A stretch of 32,000 nucleotides of DNA from a bacterium (GTDB lineage Bacteria > UBP7 > UBA6624). The notes under the pieces are model-generated. The model saw only the letters and a list, made by a program, of their open reading frames with translations, had not been told where the DNA came from and made no database searches. Of this stretch, positions 1-8,462 are shown piece after piece; position 1 is the first letter of the stretch, and the number at the start of each line of letters is the position of its first letter. The DNA lies in the NCBI GenBank assembly GCA_002716355.1, contig PBAU01000003.1, positions 335,146 to 367,145 on the forward strand, given 5' to 3'. Position numbers and translations under genes: made by a program.

Positions 1-686
1 GTTGTTAGCTCTGATATCCCAAAAGATCTAACTGGAGAAGCCCAAAACATAACAAGTATACCTATCAGAACAGCGACAGAACCAGCTAATGTATAAAGGA
101 AAAGTTTAATAGCTGCATATATTCTGTTTTTTCCACCCCATATACCAATTAAAAAATACATTGGGAGGAGCATTAATTCCCAAAACACAAAAAACATAAA
201 AAAGTCCCTTGCAACCAAAACTCCTAAAAGTGAAGTTTCAAGTAACAGAAAAAGAACAACGTACAATTGCAACCTCTCTTTTATTGAGTTGCTTGAAATT
301 GCAGCAGATATAGAAACAAAAGTAGTCAAAACAATCAAGGCTAAAGATATGCCATCTATACCCATGTACCATGCTACACCTGGGCCATTGCCCATTCCTA
401 TCTCAGGAAACCAAGGTGCCAAATATCCCAACTTAAATCCAAAAGGGTCAGGAAAAGATTCTCCAAGTTCAGCAATGAACTTTTCAGCATTTGATGATGA
501 AAAAAGATTCCAAACACGCAAAGACCATAAAAAAGTAACCGATGCTGTTCCTATCATTACCATACGTAATTTGCTTTCACCCTTAACAAAACATGCAACA
601 AGAGCACCAAGTAAAGGTAAGAACAACAGAATGTTCAAAGGTTGGCTCCAAAATGACAAAAGAATAAAATTATTTAAAAAAGTCAT
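1..686 (-). CDS. nuoM: NADH-quinone oxidoreductase subunit M, N-terminal part (gene continues past window start)
   Basis: Absent from the ORF track because it is truncated. My minus-strand translation from ATG 686-684 gives MTFLNNFILLSFWSQPLNILLFLPLLGAL...WYMGIDGISLALIVLTTF...DFFMFFVFWELMLLPMYFLIGIWGGKNRIYAAIKLFLYTLAGS, which are classic NuoM/ND4 motifs. AGGAG lies 7 nt upstream. It follows the nuoL stop (697-699). Confidence 0.9.
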   Translation of the reverse strand, partial: MTFLNNFILLSFWSQPLNILLFLPLLGALVACFVKGESKLRMVMIGTASVTFLWSLRVWNLFSSSNAEKFIAELGESFPDPFGFKLGYLAPWFPEIGMGNGPGVAWYMGIDGISLALIVLTTFVSISAAISSNSIKERLQLYVVLFLLLETSLLGVLVARDFFMFFVFWELMLLPMYFLIGIWGGKNRIYAAIKLFLYTLAGSVAVLIGILVMFWASPVRSFGISELT

Positions 687-696
687 AAGACATCTC

Positions 697-2715
697 CTAA
701 GAAACCCAATAGCCTTGGGTTAATAAAATTAAAGCTAGCATAATTAAAATCATAAAAAGATAACCGGAAATAAAACCAGTTTGATACATTTTCACAAATT
801 TATGACCAGCTTTTGTTAAGCTACCAAAAAGATTAACAATACCATCAATAATATATTTATCAATAAATGCAGAAGCTGAGGACATCTTGTTCCCAAAACC
901 AGCTACACGGTTAACAAAACCATCAATAATATTTTTATCGAACCAGGCAATCTGTTCCGCTAAATACGCTCCTGGCTTTACAAAAGACCATTGCAAAACC
1001 TCGTCTACATAAAGCCTTTTCGACAAAGCCCTCCATAAAACTGGATTTTTCTCTTCAAAAAAACCAAGTTCAATCTTTGGCATATTTGATTTGCTCAAGA
1101 ACATCTTTTTCGCAAGCAGTATAGCGAAAATAGCCAAAATAGTAGAGGTTAATGCTACTTGCAAATTCAATCCATGATGTGGATGAGGATCTATAAATAA
1201 GGCTGCCCAAGAGCCATGCTTTCCAGGAACACCCACAAAAGAAGGTATTAAACACATACTTGCTAAGAAAATCATTGGTCCAGTCATCACTGAGGGCGAT
1301 TCATGAGGGTGGCCATGCCCTCTGTATTTTCCAAAAAAAGTTAAATAAACAACTCTAAACATATAGAAAGCAGTAAAGAAAGCAGCTATAGACAACATTA
1401 CATAAGGAAGCCAGCCATTTCCATGTTCCCCGTAATAATATGCTGTCAAAAGAATTTCATCCTTGCTAAAAAATCCAGAAAATGGAGGAATTCCAGAAAG
1501 CGCTAATGTTCCTATAAGAAACACCATGAAAGTTTTTGGCATATACTTTTTCAAATTCCCCATCTCTCTCATGTCGTTTGTATGAACGCCATGAATGACA
1601 GATCCAGCAGCTTGGAAAAGCAGCGCTTTAAAGAAAGCATGTGTGAAAAGATGGAATATCCCAGCTGCAACACTTCCTGTTCCAAGGCCAGCAACCATGA
1701 ATCCAAGTTGACTTATTGTTGAATACGCTAAAACCCTTTTAATATCCCATCTTGCAATAGCTATAGAAGCTGCAAAAAGAGCAGTAAAAGCTCCAATATG
1801 GGAAACGACCGAAGAAGCCATATCTCCTGAGTAGATAGGATGTAATCTTGCTATCAGGTAAACACCTGCTGCTACCATTGTTGCAGCGTGAATCAAAGAA
1901 GAAGCAGGTGTTGGACCCTCCATAGCATCTGGAAGCCAAACATGCAAGAAAAACTGAGCACTTTTACCCATTGCACCACCAAAAATAAGCAAAGCAGCCA
2001 CTCCAATTATGCCATTTGTGTCATGTGTTGAAGCAAATTCGAGTATCTTTGGAATATTAAAAGTTCCCGTGGCTCCATAAAGAGTCAAAACCCCAAGAAA
2101 AAGCGAAAGGTCTCCAACTTTTGTAGTAAGGAAAGCTTTTTTAGCGGCAACAGCAGCACTTTCTTTATCAAACCAAAAACCTATCAAAAGATAACTGGCA
2201 AGACCCATTAATTCCCATCCAATAAAAGCTAAAATTAAATTATTCGCTAAAACCATAATTAGCATTGCCGCAGTAAAAATTGACAAATAACCATAATATC
2301 TAGGAAGATTTTTTTCCTCATGTTGGTAATACTTTCCAGCATAATCCATGTAACCAAAAGAATAAATATGAACACATACGCTAACCAAAGTTACAACCAG
2401 CAACATCATTAAAGCAAAACCATCAGCAGAAAAACTTAAATCAATGGAGTCGCCACCTCCTAATGGAAGCCAATTTGGCAAACTCCAATTAAATGAAACT
2501 GGATGATGATTTGCTGTCCAGAATGAACCATCTTGATCTTTAATTGGGCCACCTTTTTTGACTGCTTCAAAGAAAAGAAGCAAGGAAAAAACAGAAGAAG
2601 ATATTATTGCTATGGTTGCAATAAATGCAGATCTTCTTTTCCATAACTTTGTCAAAGGGGCTATTAAAGCAAATGCCAATAGAGGCAATAATGGAATTAA
2701 AATTAAATAATTCAT
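697..2715 (-). CDS. nuoL: NADH-quinone oxidoreductase subunit L
   Basis: 672-aa polytopic membrane protein with ND5/NuoL motifs (GWELMGLASYLLIGFW, HAATMVAAGVYL, TISQLGFM). Its position in the nuo operon fits. Confidence 0.95.
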   Translation of the reverse strand: MNYLILIPLLPLLAFALIAPLTKLWKRRSAFIATIAIISSSVFSLLLFFEAVKKGGPIKDQDGSFWTANHHPVSFNWSLPNWLPLGGGDSIDLSFSADGFALMMLLVVTLVSVCVHIYSFGYMDYAGKYYQHEEKNLPRYYGYLSIFTAAMLIMVLANNLILAFIGWELMGLASYLLIGFWFDKESAAVAAKKAFLTTKVGDLSLFLGVLTLYGATGTFNIPKILEFASTHDTNGIIGVAALLIFGGAMGKSAQFFLHVWLPDAMEGPTPASSLIHAATMVAAGVYLIARLHPIYSGDMASSVVSHIGAFTALFAASIAIARWDIKRVLAYSTISQLGFMVAGLGTGSVAAGIFHLFTHAFFKALLFQAAGSVIHGVHTNDMREMGNLKKYMPKTFMVFLIGTLALSGIPPFSGFFSKDEILLTAYYYGEHGNGWLPYVMLSIAAFFTAFYMFRVVYLTFFGKYRGHGHPHESPSVMTGPMIFLASMCLIPSFVGVPGKHGSWAALFIDPHPHHGLNLQVALTSTILAIFAILLAKKMFLSKSNMPKIELGFFEEKNPVLWRALSKRLYVDEVLQWSFVKPGAYLAEQIAWFDKNIIDGFVNRVAGFGNKMSSASAFIDKYIIDGIVNLFGSLTKAGHKFVKMYQTGFISGYLFMILIMLALILLTQGYWVS

Positions 2716-3152
2716 CCTTTTAATAAATCAAAATCTTCTGCTTGAGTTGTACCAAGAGATCTATAAATATGATAAACAAGCGCTAGCCCTATAGCAGCTT
2801 CTGCAACAGCAATTGTTAAAGAGAATATTACAAAAATCTGACCAACAGGGACATAGACCCAAAAATCATCGCCTGTAGAAACGAATGGAGGCCTCATTGA
2901 GGCCAAACCCCATTGTCTGCTAAAAGCAACAAGCATGAGATTAACTGCATTTAACATTATCTCCATACACATAAGAATGCTTATCAAGTGTTTTCGAGTA
3001 ACAACTCCATAAGCACCAAGGCCAAAAAGAATCATTGCCAAAAATAGATAGGCATTCACAGGAACAGCCGGGCCATAAAAATGACAATTTCCTATATTCT
3101 CAATAGTACATTGCTGTCCTGAAAAAACATCATTCAAAAAGAAATTAAGCAT
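2712..3152 (-). CDS. nuoK: NADH-quinone oxidoreductase subunit K (long form, 146 aa)
   Basis: Core LFGLGAYGVVTRKHLISILMCMEIMLNAVNL...AVAEAAIGLAL carries both conserved membrane Glu residues. ATG 3152 overlaps the nuoJ end and has a GAAAGAGG SD-like run upstream. An internal GTG (MNAYLFLAM...) is an alternative start. Confidence 0.85.
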   Translation of the reverse strand: MLNFFLNDVFSGQQCTIENIGNCHFYGPAVPVNAYLFLAMILFGLGAYGVVTRKHLISILMCMEIMLNAVNLMLVAFSRQWGLASMRPPFVSTGDDFWVYVPVGQIFVIFSLTIAVAEAAIGLALVYHIYRSLGTTQAEDFDLLKG

Positions 3153-3747
3153 CTGCGCCTCTTTCCTTTTCAGGTTTCATATATATAACAACACCAACCA
3201 TAGCAACCAACAAAACAATACTTGCCAATTCAAAAATTAAAAGATACGGTTTCATCAAGCCATCACCTATTGCCTCAACTGGAACAGTTCTGTTCAAAAT
3301 TTGCGGCAATGTTTTAATTGTTGCTATTTCAGAATACCTCTCCCAATGATTAGCGGCTAGGTTACGGTTAGCATCAGGCCATTGAACTTTCCAAAACTGA
3401 GTACCTATCCATAAAGACAAACCCATTATTAACGAAAAAGCCCAAAAACTTTGCTTATTCCTGTTTACATACTCAACACCTCGCTCCTCACCTCTTGTAA
3501 GAAGAATTGAAAACAATATCAAAACAATGATTCCCCCAACATAGAGTAATATTTGAACTATACCCAGAAAATCAGCATTTAAAGTTATATAAAGAGCACC
3601 TGTCCCAACAAGACTTAACGCTAAGAAAACAGCATTGTAAACAATCTTCCTATGAAAAACTACACCAAGAGCCATCACCAAAGTGAACAGGCCAAAGAAA
3701 GAAAACCAAATCCAAGGCACATAAGGAGTTAAATCAAGATTATTCAT
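3145..3747 (-). CDS. nuoJ: NADH-quinone oxidoreductase subunit J
   Basis: 200-aa membrane protein lying between nuoI and nuoK, with an ND6-like hydrophobic profile. It overlaps both neighbours. Confidence 0.85.
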   Translation of the reverse strand: MNNLDLTPYVPWIWFSFFGLFTLVMALGVVFHRKIVYNAVFLALSLVGTGALYITLNADFLGIVQILLYVGGIIVLILFSILLTRGEERGVEYVNRNKQSFWAFSLIMGLSLWIGTQFWKVQWPDANRNLAANHWERYSEIATIKTLPQILNRTVPVEAIGDGLMKPYLLIFELASIVLLVAMVGVVIYMKPEKERGADA

Positions 3748-4468
3748 CTAGTTCTGGTATCTCGTAATCCTTATCATCGATTTCTTCAACCTCTTCTTCA
3801 ACCACATGCAATGCATCTTCATCCATTGGCTCGTAATCTAAATAAGAATCTTCCTCAAATATTTTTTTATTTTTAAAATAACCAAGACTGTCTGCAAAAT
3901 CACTAGGTGAGCTTGAATCAAAAAGCTCAGGATAAACTGAAGATTCAAAAGCAACTAAATCTTCCAAATTAAAAACCAAAGATTCATTGTCGTCATGACT
4001 GAAAGCGTCAGTTCTTTCGTATGTAGCTGTTTCAAAATCTCTAGACATTCTTATCGCATCACTTGGACATATATCTACACAAAAACCACAATTGTGGCAA
4101 GCAGCATAATTCAATGTGTAAACTCTTGGTCTTTTATCTCTGCCCTTTCCTTCAGGTAAGACTTCAATAAGATTGTCTGGACAGGCTTGGGCGCAGAGTT
4201 GACAGGCATCACAACGCATCCTGCCTTTTTCATCAATCATCTGAACAAATCTACCTTTCCACCTATGGCCCATCTCTCTATCTTCACCTGGGTATTCAAG
4301 AGTGTCGTTCTGTTCAAAATTTCTCAAAAATTTCTCAAAAACTAATCTCAAACCTGAGACTATACCTGTTGCACCTGATCTAACAACAAGAAAAGCAAAA
4401 ACCAACAATACACAAAACATCAAACCAGTAATTACTGCTGAAATGTTACTAATATTCTCTAATTGCAT
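3740..4468 (-). CDS. nuoI: NADH-quinone oxidoreductase subunit I (2x[4Fe-4S] ferredoxin core plus N-terminal hydrophobic helix and acidic C-terminal tail)
   Basis: Two CxxCxxCxxxCP motifs (CDACQLCAQACP, CHNCGFCVDICP) and the YPGE motif before them. Its operon position also fits. Confidence 0.9.
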   Translation of the reverse strand: MQLENISNISAVITGLMFCVLLVFAFLVVRSGATGIVSGLRLVFEKFLRNFEQNDTLEYPGEDREMGHRWKGRFVQMIDEKGRMRCDACQLCAQACPDNLIEVLPEGKGRDKRPRVYTLNYAACHNCGFCVDICPSDAIRMSRDFETATYERTDAFSHDDNESLVFNLEDLVAFESSVYPELFDSSSPSDFADSLGYFKNKKIFEEDSYLDYEPMDEDALHVVEEEVEEIDDKDYEIPELDE

Positions 4469-5833
4469 TTAAGCATCCCTCTCTTTAATTGGTTTTAGTA
4501 AATCTTTTGCAAAGAACCAAGCTAAACCGAACATAGCAATCAATATAAAAACTATTGCAGCAATTGAGGTATAAGCACTGTTTTCCAAATGAACAGGCCA
4601 TAACTGAGGTGTTAACCTAACTGTATTTGCAAAAACAAAAATTCCCGTAAGTAAAAAATTAGCCATTGCAATTGGTATTAATCGCTTCCAACACAACATC
4701 ATCAATTGATCTACCCTCAAACGCGGTAAAGTTCCACGTAACCAAACAATTATGAAAAATATCAAAAACACTTTTAAACAAAACCAGACAACCGAAGAAA
4801 GCGTAATCCCCAAGAATGGAAGTTCAGGGCCGGCATAACCACCTAGATACATAGCTGTAATAATACTTGCTCCAATGAAAATATTTACATATTCAGCTAA
4901 AAAGAAAAAAGCCCATCTTAAACCAGTATACTCAGTATGAAAACCACTAACCAGCTCTGATTCTGCCTCAGCTAAATCAAAAGGAGTTCTATTTGTTTCT
5001 GCTACAGCGCTTAAGAAGAATATTAAAAATCCCAAAAACTGAGGAACTATAAACCAAATCGGAAAACCTAGACCTCCATAAGCAGTAGCTCCTTCTATTT
5101 GAGCATTAATAATATCTCCAATTTTCAAGCTACCAGAAAGTAAAACTATAGACATGATACAGAAAGCCATAGGTATTTCATAACTAACCAACTGGGCTAC
5201 AGCACGAAAACCAGCAATCGCTGAATATTTATTATTTGAACCCCAAGCAGCTAAAAATATACCCAATTCCCCAAAAGCACCTAAAGCGAAAAAATATAAA
5301 ATTCCAACATTTAAATCAACAGGTATCAAACCTTTACCAAAAGGTATCAGAACAGCACCCATTAATGCAGGTATAAAACATATGACTGGTGCTAAATAAT
5401 GAAAATTACGATCAGCGCCCAATGGAACAATACATTCTTTTTGCAATAATTTAAGCCCATCTGCTATTGGCTGAAGTATACCTCTTGGACCTACTCTAGT
5501 CGGACCTAGTCTGTCCTGCATAAAAGCTAATATTTTTCTTTCCATTAATGTCGAATATGCTCCAATCAAAAGTAATACGACTAAAATCCCCAAAAGCTTA
5601 AGGGTGATGATGATAGTGTTGTACAAACCCATCGGAAGCTCACCAGGTCCACCAAATTTATCCCTTAAATTTAGAAAAAAGTTTCGTATTGAATCAAAAG
5701 CAGGCTCCAGACTCCAATAACCAGTTAAAGCCCAAATCTTCCAGGTTGCAAAAAGCACAAATGCAAGAATACCTAAAATCAAAGATATCTTTCCAACAGG
5801 CACCCTTCTAACTCGCCACTCTAAAAGCTTCAT
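4469..5833 (-). CDS. nuoH: NADH-quinone oxidoreductase subunit H (454 aa, extended at both ends)
   Basis: MERKILAFMQDRLGPTRVGPRGILQPIADGLKLLQKE, GWGSNNKYSAIAGFRAVAQLVSYE and ETNRTPFDLAEAESELVSGFHTEY are hallmark NuoH/ND1 motifs. Confidence 0.95.
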   Translation of the reverse strand: MKLLEWRVRRVPVGKISLILGILAFVLFATWKIWALTGYWSLEPAFDSIRNFFLNLRDKFGGPGELPMGLYNTIIITLKLLGILVVLLLIGAYSTLMERKILAFMQDRLGPTRVGPRGILQPIADGLKLLQKECIVPLGADRNFHYLAPVICFIPALMGAVLIPFGKGLIPVDLNVGILYFFALGAFGELGIFLAAWGSNNKYSAIAGFRAVAQLVSYEIPMAFCIMSIVLLSGSLKIGDIINAQIEGATAYGGLGFPIWFIVPQFLGFLIFFLSAVAETNRTPFDLAEAESELVSGFHTEYTGLRWAFFFLAEYVNIFIGASIITAMYLGGYAGPELPFLGITLSSVVWFCLKVFLIFFIIVWLRGTLPRLRVDQLMMLCWKRLIPIAMANFLLTGIFVFANTVRLTPQLWPVHLENSAYTSIAAIVFILIAMFGLAWFFAKDLLKPIKERDA

Positions 5834-6978
5834 CTGTCAACCTCTCCAAAAACAGGATCAAAAGATCCTAGGATGGCAATAACATCACCAATTCCCGTGC
5901 CATACAAAAGCTCTTTAAGGACAGAAAGATTGCAGAAGGAAGGGGCTCTGTATCTGACCCTATAAGGGAATCTGCTACCATCTGAAACTATATAAACACC
6001 CAAATCTCCTCTAGGGGTGTCAGTAACAGAATATATCTCTCCTGGAGGGGGCTTAAAGAAAAATGGCATCTTTTTAATATGTGGACCGTCAGGCATGCCA
6101 TCTAAACACTGCTCTATAATCTTCAAAGATTCACCCATTTCTTTATATCTACAGTACCATCTTGAATATGTATCTCCCTTATCGTGTGTAATAACATCAA
6201 AATCAAATTCATCATAAGCAGCAAAAGGCCTGTCTTTTCTCAAATCTCTTTTCACTCCTGATGCCCTTAGTATCGGACCCGTAACACCATGCTTAATTAA
6301 CAATTCAGGAGTGGATTTTCCAACACCAATAATCCTTGTACGGAATATCTCATTGCCCTCCACAAGATTCCACATCTCCTCATAAGCAGGCCTGAAGCCT
6401 GTAATAAATTTTCTGAATTCCCTTTCTATAGGGATTGTTATATCTAAACGAACACCACCATATCTTATGTAATTAAAAGTAATCCTTTGTCCAGAAAGAA
6501 GCTCCAATAAATATTGTGCTATTTCTCTTTGCCTAAAGGCAAAAAAGAAAGGAGTTAAAGCTCCAAGATCCAAACCTAATGTTCCATAAAACAACAAATG
6601 GCTAGCAAGTCGATTTGTCTCTAAAGCTAAAACCCTTAACCATTGCGCCCTTCTTGGGACTTCTAACTCCATCAATTCCTCAACAGGTAAAGTTAAAGCC
6701 ATATTGTTTGACATTGCACCAAGGTAATCCATTCTGTCGGTCAATGGCAAAGCACCCATCCATTCTCTATTTTCTGATATCTTCTCGACACCTCTATGTA
6801 GGTAACCAATTATTGGAACAACATTCTTAACAATTTCACCTTCAGTTTCAAGCAAAATTCTAAAAACACCATGCGTTGAGGGATGCTGTGGACCCATATT
6901 AAGCCAAAATCTATCTTCAGATTCTTTTTCAAGCAATGTGCCTGTTTGAGTGGTTAGAAAGTCTGTTGGATCGCTCAT
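5830..6978 (-). CDS. nuoD: NADH-quinone oxidoreductase subunit D (49-kDa subunit)
   Basis: LNMGPQHPSTHGVFRI, GYLHRGVEK and the C-terminal FGEVDR are NuoD signatures. Its stop overlaps the nuoH start (ATGA). Confidence 0.95.
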   Translation of the reverse strand: MSDPTDFLTTQTGTLLEKESEDRFWLNMGPQHPSTHGVFRILLETEGEIVKNVVPIIGYLHRGVEKISENREWMGALPLTDRMDYLGAMSNNMALTLPVEELMELEVPRRAQWLRVLALETNRLASHLLFYGTLGLDLGALTPFFFAFRQREIAQYLLELLSGQRITFNYIRYGGVRLDITIPIEREFRKFITGFRPAYEEMWNLVEGNEIFRTRIIGVGKSTPELLIKHGVTGPILRASGVKRDLRKDRPFAAYDEFDFDVITHDKGDTYSRWYCRYKEMGESLKIIEQCLDGMPDGPHIKKMPFFFKPPPGEIYSVTDTPRGDLGVYIVSDGSRFPYRVRYRAPSFCNLSVLKELLYGTGIGDVIAILGSFDPVFGEVDR

Positions 6979-7547
6979 TAGCTTTCTATTACCTTTAATT
7001 TATCATCTGAATCTGGATCAATAATTGAAGAGTTCAAAAGATTTCTGTCTGGAAGGTTCTGTAAGTCTTCTGCTTCCTCATAGGCCCAAATCGGCTTTAT
7101 ATCTTTAAAGCCACCTAACGGATACTCTTTCTTTAAAGGGTGCCCTTCCCAATCGTCAGGAAGCAATATCCTTCTCAAGTCAGGATGATCAGTAAACTTT
7201 AACCCAAACATATCAAAAGCTTCTCTCTCATGCCAATCAGCAGCAACGAAAACAGAAGTAGCCGAAGGAGCAACCAAAGATTCAAAAGGTATCAATGACT
7301 TCAATGTTATCCAATAAGAATTATCTACACTATGAAGTTGGTAAACAATCTCCAAACCCTTTGATTTTTGATTACAAGTCAAATCATGTAGCATATTAAA
7401 TTTTAGATCCTTATCATTCTTAAGAAAAGACAAGCATTCCAAAATTTTTGATCTATCTAAAACAAATATAAGCTGACCTCTTATTTCAGCATAATGATCA
7501 AAAAAAGGTTTCAACTTTTTAAGGAAAAGCGTTTTGTTATGCAACAC
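6978..7547 (-). CDS. nuoC: NADH-quinone oxidoreductase subunit C (30-kDa subunit)
   Basis: The motif [42 protein letters not shown] is typical NuoC. Confidence 0.93.
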   Translation of the reverse strand: MLHNKTLFLKKLKPFFDHYAEIRGQLIFVLDRSKILECLSFLKNDKDLKFNMLHDLTCNQKSKGLEIVYQLHSVDNSYWITLKSLIPFESLVAPSATSVFVAADWHEREAFDMFGLKFTDHPDLRRILLPDDWEGHPLKKEYPLGGFKDIKPIWAYEEAEDLQNLPDRNLLNSSIIDPDSDDKLKVIES

Positions 7548-8007
7548 GATCGGAAATTATTTTCTCCTTTTCAATTTTTTCTTGTAGTCTTGTTATGGCG
7601 TAAATTAAAGCTTCTGGCCTAGGGGGGCACCCAGGAACATAAACATCAACAGGTACAACCTGGTCAACTCCATTCACAACAGAGTAAGCATCTTTGTAAA
7701 TGCCTCCAGAATTAGCACAAGAACCCATTGATATAACATATTTTGGCTCAGGCATCTGGTCATAAAGTCTTTTGAGCAATGGGGCCATCTTGTAAGTCAC
7801 AGTCCCAGAAACAATCATTACATCAGACTGTCTAGGGCTTGCTCTAAATACAACGCCAAGTCTATCAACATCATATTTTGTATCTCCAATTGACATCATC
7901 TCTATAGCGCAACAAGCTAAGCCAAAAGTCATAGGCCATAAGCTATTTTTTCTACACCAACCGAGTAAATCATCTAATTTTGCTAACATGTAAGGTTCTT
8001 GACTCAT
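7537..8007 (-). CDS. nuoB: NADH-quinone oxidoreductase subunit B (PSST, N2 cluster)
   Basis: [25 protein letters not shown] and PGCPPRPE supply the cluster N2 ligand motifs. Confidence 0.95.
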   Translation of the reverse strand: MSQEPYMLAKLDDLLGWCRKNSLWPMTFGLACCAIEMMSIGDTKYDVDRLGVVFRASPRQSDVMIVSGTVTYKMAPLLKRLYDQMPEPKYVISMGSCANSGGIYKDAYSVVNGVDQVVPVDVYVPGCPPRPEALIYAITRLQEKIEKEKIISDRVA

Positions 8008-8019
8008 AAATTCAAACTC

Positions 8020-8412
8020 CTAATTCCTGTCCCATTCCAAACCACCTTTTCTCCAAACATAAACAAAAGCCAATATCAAAATAAAGAAAAAAGTAATCAT
8101 CTCAAAAAATGCTGGCCAACCGGTTGTGAAAAGAAGATTCCTAAAACTCACAGCCCATGGCAGGAAAAAAACCAATTCAATTTCAAACAAAAGAAAGATA
8201 ACAGCAATAACAGCAAATCGAAAATTAAAAGGTATATCAGCATCTGCATGGGGATCATTACCACATTCATAGGTACTTAATTTTGAAGGAGATGGAAATC
8301 TCCCTCCAGTGATCTGATTCATAAAAAGAGAAATTACACCAAAGCCTATAGCCCCAAAGAAAAACAGTAAAACTGTTGAAAATTGGGTGGTTGCCTGAAA
8401 ATCATCAACCAT
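8020..8412 (-). CDS. nuoA: NADH-quinone oxidoreductase subunit A
   Basis: 130-aa protein with 3 TM segments, YECG and FLLFEIELVFFLPWA (ND3 motifs). It is the first gene of the operon. Confidence 0.9.
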   Translation of the reverse strand: MVDDFQATTQFSTVLLFFFGAIGFGVISLFMNQITGGRFPSPSKLSTYECGNDPHADADIPFNFRFAVIAVIFLLFEIELVFFLPWAVSFRNLLFTTGWPAFFEMITFFFILILAFVYVWRKGGLEWDRN

Positions 8413-8462
8413 AACTTCAATAATATAAAATGCAGCTTTTCATAATGGACGTTTGATAAATT

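Noticed and set aside
289-723. 144-aa plus-strand ORF in the track
   Set aside because: It lies entirely antisense to the clearly conserved nuoM N-terminus and the nuoL 3' end. The protein has no recognisable features. It is a shadow ORF.
5830-5833. Possibility of decayed nuoE/F/G remnants between nuoD and nuoH
   Set aside because: The two genes overlap by 4 nt, so there is no intergenic DNA in which remnants could reside.
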